A stretch of 58,053 nucleotides of DNA from an uncultured Pseudomonadota bacterium (lineage in GTDB: Bacteria > Pseudomonadota > Alphaproteobacteria > UBA3830). The translations under genes and the position numbers were made by a program. The DNA lies in contig CACWKL010000001.1 in assembly GCA_902761495.1 (NCBI GenBank), positions 1 through 58,053 on the forward strand. Reading direction: 5' to 3'. The notes under the pieces are model-generated. The model was not told where the DNA came from. It searched no databases and worked only from the letters and a program-made list of their open reading frames with translations. Shown here in pieces: positions 18,806 through 29,174 of this stretch (the first letter of the stretch is position 1; each line of letters opens with the position of its first letter).

Positions 18806-19621
18806 TCAGTTTATCAAATTTTTTATAAACAAGTATAGATTATATACAAAACCGACAACTACCCTGCGAGTGTTAAACACGGTGTTTCTGAGCTTTATTT
18901 TCTGATTGTTGAATTTTTTAGTTGTCTCAGACTTAATTTGTGAACTTCCGAAATTCTGTTTTACTATGCGAGGTTCGACTCCTACGAATTTTATGTCAAA
19001 TTCCCATGATGCAGCAAAATAATGATCAAAAGGCATAATGATCGGATAAAACTTTTCCAGAAGCTTTTTCGCAGTGTATCGATTTATCAAATAACAACCT
19101 GCGTGAGTTATGGGTGTAAAATAGAGAGACATGTGCTTATCTTCACAAAGATCCTCAATTTTAAAAGGAAATCCGTTGTGAAATGTTTCAAAATTGAGAA
19201 TATCCCAAAGATTTTTTTTCTCGATGGCTTTGTTGACGCATTCCCTTAGCTCATGCGGATTAAATACTACATCATCCTCAAATATCAGCGCGAATTCATA
19301 TTCGGATTCCAAAAATTTCCTCAATGCCTTTTCGTGACTCAGAGAACAACCGATGGTTCCTCGTTCCGGCAGCATTTTAAAATAGCTTTTGAATTTTTTA
19401 TAATCGCACACTTTGTGAAGTTCTTCCTCCGAGAGCTGTTTTCCATCAATTGCGGAAATCCTCTCAAAGGGAAATCCTAACTGATCGATGTTCGGTTTAA
19501 CGAATTCCAAACGTTCCGTCGCTCTGTCGAGATTTATTAAAAAAGCCCCGACAGAATTGGGAGCAAACCCCGCATGAATCTTAAAATCCGAACGCGATTT
19601 GTTAAATAAAAAACTGAACAT
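18806..19621 (-). CDS. Glycosyltransferase family 25 (LPS/LOS core glycosyltransferase-like)
   Basis: 271-aa ORF. INLDRATERLEF N-terminal motif, GCSLSH and IFEDDV blocks typical of GT25. Confidence 0.7.
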   Translation of the reverse strand: MFSFLFNKSRSDFKIHAGFAPNSVGAFLINLDRATERLEFVKPNIDQLGFPFERISAIDGKQLSEEELHKVCDYKKFKSYFKMLPERGTIGCSLSHEKALRKFLESEYEFALIFEDDVVFNPHELRECVNKAIEKKNLWDILNFETFHNGFPFKIEDLCEDKHMSLYFTPITHAGCYLINRYTAKKLLEKFYPIIMPFDHYFAASWEFDIKFVGVEPRIVKQNFGSSQIKSETTKKFNNQKIKLRNTVFNTRRVVVGFVYNLYLFIKNLIN

Positions 19622-19782
19622 AAATCCTTCCTTGATTTTTCCCAGTCATAATTCTGAGTTTACACAATCCTGAAGCGATTCTATTTGTAAAAAAGTTTTT
19701 ATGCAAGTTTTTATTGCCCTCTTGAAATTTTTAACAAAATGAATTAATAGTAAATCTCGTATAAGTTAAAAGGAATTAAGTT

Positions 19783-20094
19783 ATGCTTGCAGTTATGAAA
19801 ACAGGCGGTAAACAGTACAAAGTAAAAGAAGGCGATTTCATTTCTGTCGAGAAGTTGTCTCTTGATTTGGGCGCGAAGTTGGAAATCAGTGACGTTCTGA
19901 TGATTGAAAAAGACGGGAATGTGAAAATCGGAACTCCTTATGTTAAGAACGCCTCTGTGTCCGCGAGCGTTATTGAACATAAGAAACACAAGACGGTTAT
20001 GGTTTTCAAAAAGAGTCGTCGTAAAAACTATCGCAGAAAGAATGGTCATCGCCAGATTTCGACCATTTTGAAGATCGATAGCATCAAAGGTTAA
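19783..20094 (+). CDS. rplU: 50S ribosomal protein L21
   Basis: 103-aa ORF beginning M..AVMKTGGKQYKV. Canonical rplU-rpmA pair. Confidence 0.95.
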   Translation: MLAVMKTGGKQYKVKEGDFISVEKLSLDLGAKLEISDVLMIEKDGNVKIGTPYVKNASVSASVIEHKKHKTVMVFKKSRRKNYRRKNGHRQISTILKIDSIKG

Positions 20095-20105
20095 GGAGTT
20101 AGCAA

Positions 20106-20360
20106 ATGTCAACAAAAAAAGCCGGTGGAAGTTCTAAGAACGGGCGCGATTCGGAAAGTAAAAGATTAGGTGTAAAGCGTTTTGGCGGTCAGGCGGTAAA
20201 GGCGGGTAACATTATCGTCAGACAACGCGGAACAAAAATGAAGGCCGGGGAAAATGTCGGTTTAGGAAAAGATCACACCATTTTCGCGACAGCGGACGGA
20301 ATTGTAAAGTTTTCCAAGAATGCTCAGGGACGCTGTACTGTATCAGTAATTTCTGAGTAA
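20106..20360 (+). CDS. rpmA: 50S ribosomal protein L27
   Basis: 84-aa ORF with [39 protein letters not shown]. Confidence 0.95.
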   Translation: MSTKKAGGSSKNGRDSESKRLGVKRFGGQAVKAGNIIVRQRGTKMKAGENVGLGKDHTIFATADGIVKFSKNAQGRCTVSVISE

Positions 20361-20388
20361 TCAGAACAAAGTTTATCCTTTCTGTAAA

Positions 20389-20410
20389 GGCTCCTTTGGG
20401 AGTCTTTTTG
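20389..20410 (+). terminator. Rho-independent terminator after rpmA
   Basis: GGCUCC-UUUG-GGAGUC hairpin followed by UUUUUG. Confidence 0.5.
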
Positions 20411-20431
20411 TGTTAAAAAGTCAAATTAATA

Positions 20432-20460
20432 TTGCAAAACAATTGGACTTATGGTAGATT
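20432..20460 (+). promoter_or_regulatory. Candidate sigma-70 promoter for the 20591 gene
   Basis: TTGCAA - 17 nt - TAGATT, about 130 nt upstream of the ATG. Pattern match only. Confidence 0.3.
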
Positions 20461-20590
20461 TCCTGCCGTTCATATAGTTTTTGTAAGAATAGTAACGATG
20501 TGCGGTTGCGTGTTGTGATCGGATGTGCAAGTGGTGTATTTGCATGGTGTGAGTATACAATTTGGAGATATTTTAGAAAGAGGTAAAAAC

Positions 20591-21979
20591 ATGAAAAAAT
20601 TAGCGTTGGTCGTTGGAAGTTTATTAAGTTCGTTTGAGTTGCTAGCAGGTAACTTTGTCCCTGTTTGTTTAAATGTCGGAGATGATCGAAAAGCGGCGGT
20701 TTATAATGCTGTTGTGGAAAATAGTTTTGTAACACAGCTAGATTCGGAGAGAACCACAAAGTTATCGGAAGAAGATAAAAAGGAGATAATAAACGATGAG
20801 AGCAGATTCCTGAAAAAGAAGATTCAATCAGTGGATCCATCTGTAAAAGTAGCTTTTATTCCTAAAAGTTTGTATCAGTTGTTTGTGTGGAACTTATTTT
20901 TAGAGGAGGTATGGGAAAAAATCAATAAGAATGACAAAGTAGATAAAAAGGATTTTTGTAAATATGTTATGTACAACCCTGTTTGGGGAGATTGCAGTAA
21001 CGTTGCTGAAATCGGTTTTGGTGAAGATGGCGAAACTCCTAAAAAAATTGGAGATTTTTGTAATGATTACATGAATAGTGATAATGTTCGATCATATTTT
21101 TGGAAAATAAATAACAGCATAAGCTCTTTTGAAGGCATTTTAGAATGGGAAATTAGCAAAGAGGAAGATTTGAAAAACGTAATCAAGCATCTGTTGGAAA
21201 ATTTTTCAATAAACGCGAAGAAAGTTTACGATGTTGAACCAGGATACTTCACAAAACATCTTCTGATGAGTGATATCTCAAATTTATCCGATGAGTTTAA
21301 AGCGATGATTGCGGATCTTGTGGTAAAAGAAAGTAATGTTCCCTTAAATTCATATAGAATTTATAGAGGAGAGTCTAGCACGGATTCAGATCGAGATTCT
21401 GGGGTTTCATATTCTTTCAGTGATGGAATGTTTGGTGGGATTATCAGAGATTGGGATTCGGGAATGGCATTCAACCATTCTCTTTCCAAGTTGCATATGA
21501 AAATTGTAGATTTACCCAAAGAAAAATTATTGAATATTAAAGAAGATTTTGATGGTATCGAGAGATCTGGCTTATCCGTTCGTATTCCTCCTGTTATCAG
21601 TATGGGAGCAGCTTTAGGAGCCGGGGAGTTTCATCACGTAAGAACGAAGGTTATGATAAATTCTGCTAAAAAAGATATCAAATTATCTTTTAATCAAGGA
21701 GTAGGTGGATCGGGAGAAGCGTCAGTAAAAGGAACTCCATGGCTTTATTCCTATTCTTCCTCAGTAACGGATTTTTGGGAAAAGCTAGAGCTGTTGAATG
21801 AAAAAACATACAATCTTTCTAATAAAAAAGATTTAAATGTGAAAACTTACAGGATATATCAACCTCAGCACTTGTCCGATTTGAATCCATTTAAACGTTT
21901 TTGGGGCAGTTTAAAGGAAAAAGTTGGATTATTACAACAAAATATCTGGTCTATTTTGGAACCGTTTGGCATATATTAG
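20591..21979 (+). CDS. Orphan secreted protein, unknown function
   Basis: The track ORF starts at 20525. ATG 20591 follows an AGAGG RBS and gives the signal-like N-terminus MKKLALVVGSLLSSFELLAG. 462 aa, no family recognised. Confidence 0.7.
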   Translation: MKKLALVVGSLLSSFELLAGNFVPVCLNVGDDRKAAVYNAVVENSFVTQLDSERTTKLSEEDKKEIINDESRFLKKKIQSVDPSVKVAFIPKSLYQLFVWNLFLEEVWEKINKNDKVDKKDFCKYVMYNPVWGDCSNVAEIGFGEDGETPKKIGDFCNDYMNSDNVRSYFWKINNSISSFEGILEWEISKEEDLKNVIKHLLENFSINAKKVYDVEPGYFTKHLLMSDISNLSDEFKAMIADLVVKESNVPLNSYRIYRGESSTDSDRDSGVSYSFSDGMFGGIIRDWDSGMAFNHSLSKLHMKIVDLPKEKLLNIKEDFDGIERSGLSVRIPPVISMGAALGAGEFHHVRTKVMINSAKKDIKLSFNQGVGGSGEASVKGTPWLYSYSSSVTDFWEKLELLNEKTYNLSNKKDLNVKTYRIYQPQHLSDLNPFKRFWGSLKEKVGLLQQNIWSILEPFGIY

Positions 21980-22153
21980 CAAACTGAGATAGATGTAATC
22001 TTGAGAGAATAATTGGCTTGTTTAAAAAGAACACGAAAAAGGACGATCTTCGAATCGCCCTAATTGTATTCAGGAAGTTACTTAACGATTAACTGTTCAC
22101 CAGAACTCAGCTGAATATGCCAAAAAACCCACTAAATTGGAAAACGTCGCGGA

Positions 22154-23998
22154 TTACGAATCCAAAAACGTTTTCAGTTTGCGTGATCGGCTCGGGTGCT
22201 TTAGTTTTCTGAGAGCTTTTGCCTCAATTTGTCGGATACGTTCGCGGGTGACCGAGAATTGCTGTCCGACTTCCTCCAAAGTGTGATCGGAATTCATGCC
22301 GATACCGAATCTCATTCTCAGAACGCGCTCTTCCCTCGGAGTGAGGCTGGCCAACACCAAAGTTGTGGTTTCACGCAGATTCTCATTGACTGCAGACTCC
22401 ACCGGCTGCGCGATGTTTTTGTCCTCGATGAAATCTCCGAGGTGCGAATCGTCCTCGTCTCCAATCGGAGCTTCCAGACTGACAGGCTCTTTCGAAATTT
22501 TCAGAACTTTTCGAACCTTTTCCAGCGGCATGTGCAGACGTTCAGCCAATTCTTCCGGAGTCGGCTCTTTCCCTGTCTCATTCAGCATCTGTCTGGATGA
22601 TCTCACGATTTTGTTGATGGTTTCGATCATATGGACCGGGATTCTGATGGTCCGCGCCTGGTCCGCGATAGAGCGAGTGATTGCCTGGCGAATCCACCAA
22701 GTGGCGTATGTCGAAAATTTATATCCGCGGCGGTACTCGAATTTGTCCACTGCCTTCATCAATCCGATGTTTCCTTCCTGAATCAGATCCAAAAATTGCA
22801 GACCGCGGTTGGTGTACTTTTTGGCGATGGAGATAACCAGACGCAGGTTGGCTTCGATCATGTCTTTTTTTGCTCGAGTTGCACATCTCTCGCCTTTTTG
22901 AATGCAAGCGACCAATTTTTTGAACACTCCGAGCGGCAATTTGGATTCTTCTTCGATTTCTTTGGCCAGCGCCTGATGTTCGGAAATTTCTTTTGTGCAA
23001 TTTTTGAAGAATTTGCTCCAGTTTGAGAACTTCAGCATTGAGTGTTCCCAATCGGAATTTGTTTCGTTCCCGAGATAGTTTTTCAGGAATCTCTCTCGAC
23101 TGATGCCATTGTCCTGAGCTAATTTCAAAAGCGCGCTTTCGCTCTTAATCAGTTTGCGATTTAGGGTATAAAGTTCCTCGCACATTGCCTCTATCGTCTT
23201 TTGATTGATTCCCAGCTCTGCAACAGCGTCTACTAATTCGCATTTTTGTTTGGTTGATGGATTCTTCTTTTTGAGAATTGCCTCGTGCATCTCTATAACT
23301 TTTTGCAAGTTGTCGATGATGCCGGGGATCAGGTTGTCATCTTCGGTGCTGATTTCTTTCGATTCATCCGAGTCTTCAGATGAATTTTCGTCCTCTCCCA
23401 AGTCTTCATCATCGCTTTCAGAATCCACTGATTCTTCCTCTTCGTCCTTCATTCCATTGTCCAACTGAAGAATTTCTCTCAGCATAATTTTGTGTTCCTT
23501 CAGGGCTTCTATCCACTCGGCGAATCTGTCGAAAGTTTTCGGACTTTCGCTCAATCCACTGAGAACCTCTGCATATCCCTGCTCGATTTTTTTCGCAAGT
23601 TCGATTTCACCATTACGGGAAAGCAACTCCACATTTCCCATTTCCCTGAGATACATACGCACCGGATCGTCCGTTCTGAGGAGATCGTTATTCTGTTCGA
23701 CTTTTGTTGATGCTACGTGATGTACATGATTTTTTTCGCGATGGAAAGTTTCTGCTTCTTCTGTTTCAACCAGCTGAATTCCCATTCCGGAGAGACTGGA
23801 CACAGCAATGTCGATTTTTTCCGAAGAAAATTTTTCTTTCGGCAGAGCGTCATTCAACTCATCGTAAGTTATGTATCCGCGTTCTTTTCCCAAAGATATC
23901 AAAGTGGCGAACTGAGTCTCAGAAGAGTTCTCCTTTTTCTGATTCTCCTCTTTGTCCTCAATATTCTCATTTATCTTTGAATTTGAAACTGCACTCAT
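22154..23998 (-). CDS. rpoD: RNA polymerase sigma factor RpoD (sigma-70)
   Basis: 614-aa ORF. Acidic spacer, region 2 ([30 protein letters not shown]) and region 4.2 ([27 protein letters not shown]). Confidence 0.97.
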   Translation of the reverse strand: MSAVSNSKINENIEDKEENQKKENSSETQFATLISLGKERGYITYDELNDALPKEKFSSEKIDIAVSSLSGMGIQLVETEEAETFHREKNHVHHVASTKVEQNNDLLRTDDPVRMYLREMGNVELLSRNGEIELAKKIEQGYAEVLSGLSESPKTFDRFAEWIEALKEHKIMLREILQLDNGMKDEEEESVDSESDDEDLGEDENSSEDSDESKEISTEDDNLIPGIIDNLQKVIEMHEAILKKKNPSTKQKCELVDAVAELGINQKTIEAMCEELYTLNRKLIKSESALLKLAQDNGISRERFLKNYLGNETNSDWEHSMLKFSNWSKFFKNCTKEISEHQALAKEIEEESKLPLGVFKKLVACIQKGERCATRAKKDMIEANLRLVISIAKKYTNRGLQFLDLIQEGNIGLMKAVDKFEYRRGYKFSTYATWWIRQAITRSIADQARTIRIPVHMIETINKIVRSSRQMLNETGKEPTPEELAERLHMPLEKVRKVLKISKEPVSLEAPIGDEDDSHLGDFIEDKNIAQPVESAVNENLRETTTLVLASLTPREERVLRMRFGIGMNSDHTLEEVGQQFSVTRERIRQIEAKALRKLKHPSRSRKLKTFLDS

Positions 23999-24008
23999 TT
24001 TTTTGCTC

Positions 24009-25742
24009 CTATCTTTTCCTGCGATTTAAGACTTCACTCTTCAATGCTTTTAATTTTTGCCAACTATCCTCTGAAAAAACAAAGTTAGACGATGCTTTTT
24101 GCAGATCTCCATCCAACAAAGGCTCAAATAAATGTCTTTTCAACAACTCTGACCAGCCGGCGAAAGCGATATCATCGGCCACATTTTTATCGGCGAAATT
24201 CGCATGCATCACTATATTACCGAAATTTTCGTTAACAGTATCCTGTAATTGTATCATCGACTCAACAAATTTTTGAGGACTTTCTTCAGAAAAATCTGCA
24301 TAACTTTTCAAAATCTTATCTTTCAAAACCTTCATCTCGGTGTTTTCGAATTCGAGTTTGATAAAATCTTCCGCAACCCTATCAATAATATAAGGGTGAT
24401 TTATAAGAGTCACAACTAGTATTTTCTCAATTTTTTCTTTTGCAGGGGTCGCGGACCGTAAATTTTCCTTTTTTGTGACGCGTGTTTTGCTTTTGTACAA
24501 GGACCTTTGACGATTTTTGATATCTTGAATATAAAAATTTTTTACGGAAATATTTTTTATGGATTCGGCTTTTTGAATCAGCATTTCGATAAGCTCAGCC
24601 TTTTGTTCGGGAGTTTCTGACGGGAATAGAGAAAACCCACCGTCCCAAAGCCATTGCGAGAGTGGTATGGCGTTGTTTATTGCTTCTGTAATCGTTGAAA
24701 TTTGATTGTTATAAACCAAAAGATCGGGGTCGGCTCCTTGGGGAAGAGTTGCGAATTTAAAAGATTTTCCCGGCTCAAGACAAGTCAAGATTTTGTCGAT
24801 CCAACGGTAAGAGGCTTTAACCCCGGCAGAGTCCCCGTCCAGAGCAATGACAGGATTGTCGCAAGCACGCCAACACATGCCTATTTGTGCAGCACTGATG
24901 GCTGTCCCGAGCGGGGCAACCGCACCATCAAATCCCGCTTGGTGCAGCGAAATTACGTCCAAATATCCTTCCGAAATAATTATTTGACGAGATTTCCCCT
25001 TGCGAGCGAGATTATATCCGTATAATTGCTGGCTTTTTCTGTAGATTTCCGTTTCCGGGGAATTTATGTATTTCGCTTTTTCCGATTTTTCTAAAATTCT
25101 TCCGCCGAATCCAACGCATTTGTCGCGAGAATCAACTATCGGGAAGATCAGGCGACCTCTATATCGGTTAATAAATTCGTTTTTGTAATCGGATTTTATG
25201 AAAATACCCGTTCGAACCAATTCGTTGTTGGAAAAACCTTTCTTCTTCAATAAGTTGTAAAGATCTGAGTTGTCAGGAGCAAAACCTAGTTGAAATTTTT
25301 CGACCTGTTCTTTACTGATTTTTCTCAAATTCAAATAATCTCTGGCAGTCGAGTCGCTTTTCGAATTTAGACTTTCCGCGAAATAATTTTTTGAATAATT
25401 CATGATCTCGAAAAGCCTCGCCGAAGGATCCTCTTTTTGTGCGGAGTCATTTTTCGGAATTTCTATTCCATATTGATTTGCAATAATTTCGATTGCTTCC
25501 CAAAAAGAGACCTTTTCGTAATTCATAACAAACTTTATCGAGTCGCCTCCCGCATCGCATCCGAAGCAGTGATATAGCCCTTTGGCTTCGTCTACGTGAA
25601 ATGAGCCGGTTTTTTCCTTGTGGAAAGGGCAAAGAGCCTTCCATACATTTCCGACTTTGTGTAGACGTATGCGCGCGGAAATTATATCCACAATAGAAAT
25701 TCGACTTTTCAGATGTTCAACGAAATCTTTATTCATATTCAT
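24009..25742 (-). CDS. dnaG: DNA primase
   Basis: 577-aa ORF. CHC2 zinc finger ([13 protein letters not shown]...YHCFGC), TOPRIM ([17 protein letters not shown]) and C-terminal helicase-interaction domain. Confidence 0.95.
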   Translation of the reverse strand: MNMNKDFVEHLKSRISIVDIISARIRLHKVGNVWKALCPFHKEKTGSFHVDEAKGLYHCFGCDAGGDSIKFVMNYEKVSFWEAIEIIANQYGIEIPKNDSAQKEDPSARLFEIMNYSKNYFAESLNSKSDSTARDYLNLRKISKEQVEKFQLGFAPDNSDLYNLLKKKGFSNNELVRTGIFIKSDYKNEFINRYRGRLIFPIVDSRDKCVGFGGRILEKSEKAKYINSPETEIYRKSQQLYGYNLARKGKSRQIIISEGYLDVISLHQAGFDGAVAPLGTAISAAQIGMCWRACDNPVIALDGDSAGVKASYRWIDKILTCLEPGKSFKFATLPQGADPDLLVYNNQISTITEAINNAIPLSQWLWDGGFSLFPSETPEQKAELIEMLIQKAESIKNISVKNFYIQDIKNRQRSLYKSKTRVTKKENLRSATPAKEKIEKILVVTLINHPYIIDRVAEDFIKLEFENTEMKVLKDKILKSYADFSEESPQKFVESMIQLQDTVNENFGNIVMHANFADKNVADDIAFAGWSELLKRHLFEPLLDGDLQKASSNFVFSEDSWQKLKALKSEVLNRRKR

Positions 25743-27206
25743 CTATTCATGTTCTGCGTACTTTTTCAGGGTCTGTTCTATATCTTTTATGAAAGGCTTT
25801 AAATATGGAGTCACCTCGTTCAACAGAGGCTTCATATGTTCCTCCTTTTCAGCTTCCACCCTTAAAGAAATTGCGTTCTGAGTGTTGGAAGCTCTTATCA
25901 GCCACCATCCTTTTTCACCGGAGACCCTGACTCCGTCGATGTCCGCGAAATTTATTCCTTGGCTTTGAAGTTTTTCTTTTGTTTTTTCTATTATCCGAAA
26001 TTTTTTATCTTCCGAACAGCTAATTCGGATTTCGGGAGTTACGAAACCGTAAGGCAACTTGTTGAAAACCTCTTTATTTTCGCTGAGAATCTCCAAGCAA
26101 CGTAGTGCGGCATAAATTCCGTCATCAAATCCATACCATCTGTCTTTGAAGAAAAAATGACCGCTCATTTCTCCAGCCAGCAGAGCTCCTGATGATTTCA
26201 TTCTTGCCTTTATGAAAGTATGTCCAACTTTTTCCATGATCGGAGATCCTCCCAATTCTTTGATTCTTTGGAACAATCTGTTGCAAGATTTTACGTCTGA
26301 GATGACCTGGGCCCCGGGGTTTTTCTTCAAGAAATCGGATGCAAAAATTTCCAACACCTGGTCGCTGTACAGCGGTTGCCCATCTGAATTCACCACGCAA
26401 AGGCGGTCACCGTCACTGTCGAAAGCGAAACCTATGTCAAATTTATTATAATTTACAAATTTCCTCAAATAAGAGATGTTTTCGGCGACTGTCGGATCCG
26501 GCTGACGATTGGGAAAATTTCCATCCATATCTTCAAACAGAATATGGTGCCGACCGGGAATCCTAGTCACGATTTCTCTGATAGCATTGCTTGTTGCTCC
26601 GTTTCCGATGTCCCAGGCGACGCGTAAGTCATCTGAAAACTTGAATCCATCTAAAATATCCTTTACGTAACTCACAAAAATATCATTCAGGATCACTTCA
26701 CGTCCGCAGGATTCAATAAAGTCCCGTTGACGTATCATTTGTTCAATTTCTTTTATGTCATCCCCGTAAAACGGATCTTTTCCCAGCATAAATTTGAATC
26801 CGTTATATTCAGCGGGGTTATGTGACCCCGTTATCATAATGCCTGCATCCATATTGAATTTATTTACTGTGTAATACATCATCGGGGTGTGGCAGATGCC
26901 TAGTTCGATCACCTCCATTCCGGATTTCGTTAGTCCCTGAATCAACCGGTCTGTTAGAATATCTGAGGAATTTCGGCAATCGTTTCCGACGCATATCTTT
27001 TTCAAATTTTTTCTATATAGAAAGGTTCCGAAAGCTCTTCCTATATAGTAAGCATGCTCAGGAAAGAGAGTTTTTCCGAAAATTCCTCTAATATCGTAAT
27101 CTCTGAAAATTTCCTTAGGTAAAGGATGCTCAAATTCTTTCTGTTCTTCATCGTCCAAACAAAGCATTTCTCTCAGTTTTGCTGAAAATTTCATATTTCG
27201 TTCCAA
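25743..27206 (-). CDS. Phosphomannomutase/phosphoglucomutase (alpha-D-phosphohexomutase family)
   Basis: 487-aa ORF. Phosphoserine loop TGSHNPAEYNG, Mg site FDSDGDR and sugar loop GEMSGH. Confidence 0.9.
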   Translation of the reverse strand: MERNMKFSAKLREMLCLDDEEQKEFEHPLPKEIFRDYDIRGIFGKTLFPEHAYYIGRAFGTFLYRKNLKKICVGNDCRNSSDILTDRLIQGLTKSGMEVIELGICHTPMMYYTVNKFNMDAGIMITGSHNPAEYNGFKFMLGKDPFYGDDIKEIEQMIRQRDFIESCGREVILNDIFVSYVKDILDGFKFSDDLRVAWDIGNGATSNAIREIVTRIPGRHHILFEDMDGNFPNRQPDPTVAENISYLRKFVNYNKFDIGFAFDSDGDRLCVVNSDGQPLYSDQVLEIFASDFLKKNPGAQVISDVKSCNRLFQRIKELGGSPIMEKVGHTFIKARMKSSGALLAGEMSGHFFFKDRWYGFDDGIYAALRCLEILSENKEVFNKLPYGFVTPEIRISCSEDKKFRIIEKTKEKLQSQGINFADIDGVRVSGEKGWWLIRASNTQNAISLRVEAEKEEHMKPLLNEVTPYLKPFIKDIEQTLKKYAEHE

Positions 27207-27339
27207 AATATTGTAAAAAAACTATAGGTTCTGATTATACACAATATTTTTTATAAAAGATCGAGAAAATATATAAATTTTCATAAGTTATTTACTTTTT
27301 TGTGATTTGATGGGGAAAGATAGTTATGTGGAGTTACTA

Positions 27340-28815
27340 ATGAGGAGTTGTTTGTATAAGTTTTTATCTTTGTCTTGTATTATTGCATTATTTGGAAGTA
27401 GCGTTTTCGCCAAGGATTATAAGCCGATAAATAAAAGGCATTTTGATAGTGGTTACACCGATGAAAAAATCAGCGATGACGAAGAAGCTCAAGAGATAGA
27501 TTATTATCCCTTCGTCAAGAGTAAGGGGAGTATGGCAAGGGAAAATGTCATTGGAATCAGGATATCCGAAAAGAAAATAACACTGCTCGGAAAAGACAAA
27601 ACTTATTCCGAGGAATGGTGGAAGGAAGAGGATTTTATGGAAGCGGACTGCTTTTCGAAATATCCGGAATTACTCAGTGTAGAAATATGTAATTTTAATT
27701 TAACCAGAAAAGTTTTGGAGGATATTCGAAAGTTTTTACCGATGACCGTAAAAAATTTGATAGTAAATTCTTGTACCGTTGCGAATAGGGATTTTGAGGA
27801 ATTTACGGATATTATTACACGTCACAAGCAATTAGAATTCCTAACTATTATGGATCCGAACATGGCGCGGGCTGAGTCTGCCAAATTGCTTGCGGCTGTG
27901 GGCGATTTGGAAGTTATCAAAGGCTTAAGACTTACATTAGGGGAATTAGGTGATGAAGGATGTAACATATTACAAAAAACTCTTGAAAAATCAAAGGAAA
28001 CTCTGTCGGAGCTGAATATTGGGTTTATGAGAGTTAAGGACGGCCCAGTCTATGATAATTTGTTAAGATTTTTGGGAGAGCTGAAAAAATTAAAAAAACT
28101 AGAGTATTCAGTTCTTGAAAGCACCGAAAATCAGGTTAGGGAATTTTTTAGTTCGCTGGCGAATTTAAAAGAACTCAGGGATTTGAAAATATGTTTTGGT
28201 GACTTTAATTCACATGATGGAGTAGAGGCGTACCATAATTCCAAAGCCCTTAATGCTGCACTGGGGCAACTGGAGTATCTTGAGAATTTGGATATTTCGG
28301 ATATGAATCTTCCGGATTCTGTATTACAAACAATTTCCAGTGCGTTGGAAAGATTAACTAGATTGAAGATATTGAATGTTTCGGGAAATCCGATTAATGA
28401 GCAAACTGCCAAAGTTTTGGAGGCATCTCTTAAGAAAATGAATAGTTTGGTTTCGTTTATCGCTAATAACTGTGAAATGACTGATTCAGCTTTTTCAACT
28501 TTGTGCTCTGGATTACAGAACGACTCGTTACGATATGTTTATTTCAGCGGCAATAATATTGCCGGATCCGTGAAATCAATGTCAGTTTCGCAGATGAAAA
28601 ACCTGATTGCAATTAACTTTGCCAACAACAAAATAACATTATCTGACATTATAGGATTTATGGAAACGATTCCTAGTGAGACAAAGTTGGAGGTCGTTAA
28701 CTGGGAAGGAAATGACTTTACAGGGCTCAATGAACATCAGCAGATAAAAGAAAGAAATAAACTTAAGATTTGGAAGAAGGAGCACGGAGTAAATACTCTT
28801 GATCTGGGAATATAA
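27340..28815 (+). CDS. Leucine-rich repeat protein, ribonuclease-inhibitor (RNI/NLR)-like repeats, secreted
   Basis: The track ORF starts at 27307. ATG 27340 follows a GGAG RBS and gives the signal peptide MRSCLYKFLSLSCIIALFGSSVFA. It has repeated units of about 28 aa, e.g. LKGLRLTLGELGDEGCNILQKTLEKS and LKILNVSGNPINEQTAKVLEASLKKMNSL. Confidence 0.8.
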   Translation: MRSCLYKFLSLSCIIALFGSSVFAKDYKPINKRHFDSGYTDEKISDDEEAQEIDYYPFVKSKGSMARENVIGIRISEKKITLLGKDKTYSEEWWKEEDFMEADCFSKYPELLSVEICNFNLTRKVLEDIRKFLPMTVKNLIVNSCTVANRDFEEFTDIITRHKQLEFLTIMDPNMARAESAKLLAAVGDLEVIKGLRLTLGELGDEGCNILQKTLEKSKETLSELNIGFMRVKDGPVYDNLLRFLGELKKLKKLEYSVLESTENQVREFFSSLANLKELRDLKICFGDFNSHDGVEAYHNSKALNAALGQLEYLENLDISDMNLPDSVLQTISSALERLTRLKILNVSGNPINEQTAKVLEASLKKMNSLVSFIANNCEMTDSAFSTLCSGLQNDSLRYVYFSGNNIAGSVKSMSVSQMKNLIAINFANNKITLSDIIGFMETIPSETKLEVVNWEGNDFTGLNEHQQIKERNKLKIWKKEHGVNTLDLGI

Positions 28816-29174
28816 AAATTTTCTTTAAGGGATAGTTGCGGTTTTTATGGATCAGTAATTGTCCCTGTTTTTTCTTAAAAAAACTTGAGAAGCGCGGTTT
28901 TATCCAATTTTAGTCCGCCCCATAAATAAAGGGCTAATAATTAACTAAATTTTAACCTAATGATGTTAGCATTAAATAAAAGTTTTGGAATTGTAAGGAA
29001 TGACGATGTCTAGGGAAAAGGATAAAAAGATGGAGGAAGAAAAAAATCCGTTAAGAGATAATAGATGGTTAAGCATTTCGTTTGTGAATTAATAGGAGAT
29101 CGACAAATAAACGTCGGATGTAGTTGTTGTTTAGAGGAGCGTAATTTTTCCTTTATTGTTTGGTGGAGATGAGT

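Noticed and set aside
20591-21979. ADP-ribosyltransferase (R-S-E) reading of YRIYRG ... SYSFS ... GAGEF in the orphan secreted protein
   Set aside because: The spacing of the Arg and Ser-x-Ser elements is short (about 15 aa), and there is no (Q/E)xE dyad, only a single Glu. The pattern could arise by chance, so it is not claimed without structure or HMM support.
22229-24276. Multiple 70-190-aa plus-strand ORFs antisense to rpoD and dnaG
   Set aside because: They lie fully inside strongly supported minus-strand genes. Their translations are low-complexity (Ser/Phe/Leu-rich), which is typical of antisense frames in AT-rich DNA.
29000-29092. 30-codon ORF (MTMSREKDKKMEEEKNPLRDNRWLSISFVN) with an AAGGA upstream, in the spacer before the ABC permease
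   Set aside because: It is too short and compositionally unremarkable to support as a gene or leader peptide. It may be debris of a lost substrate-binding-protein gene.
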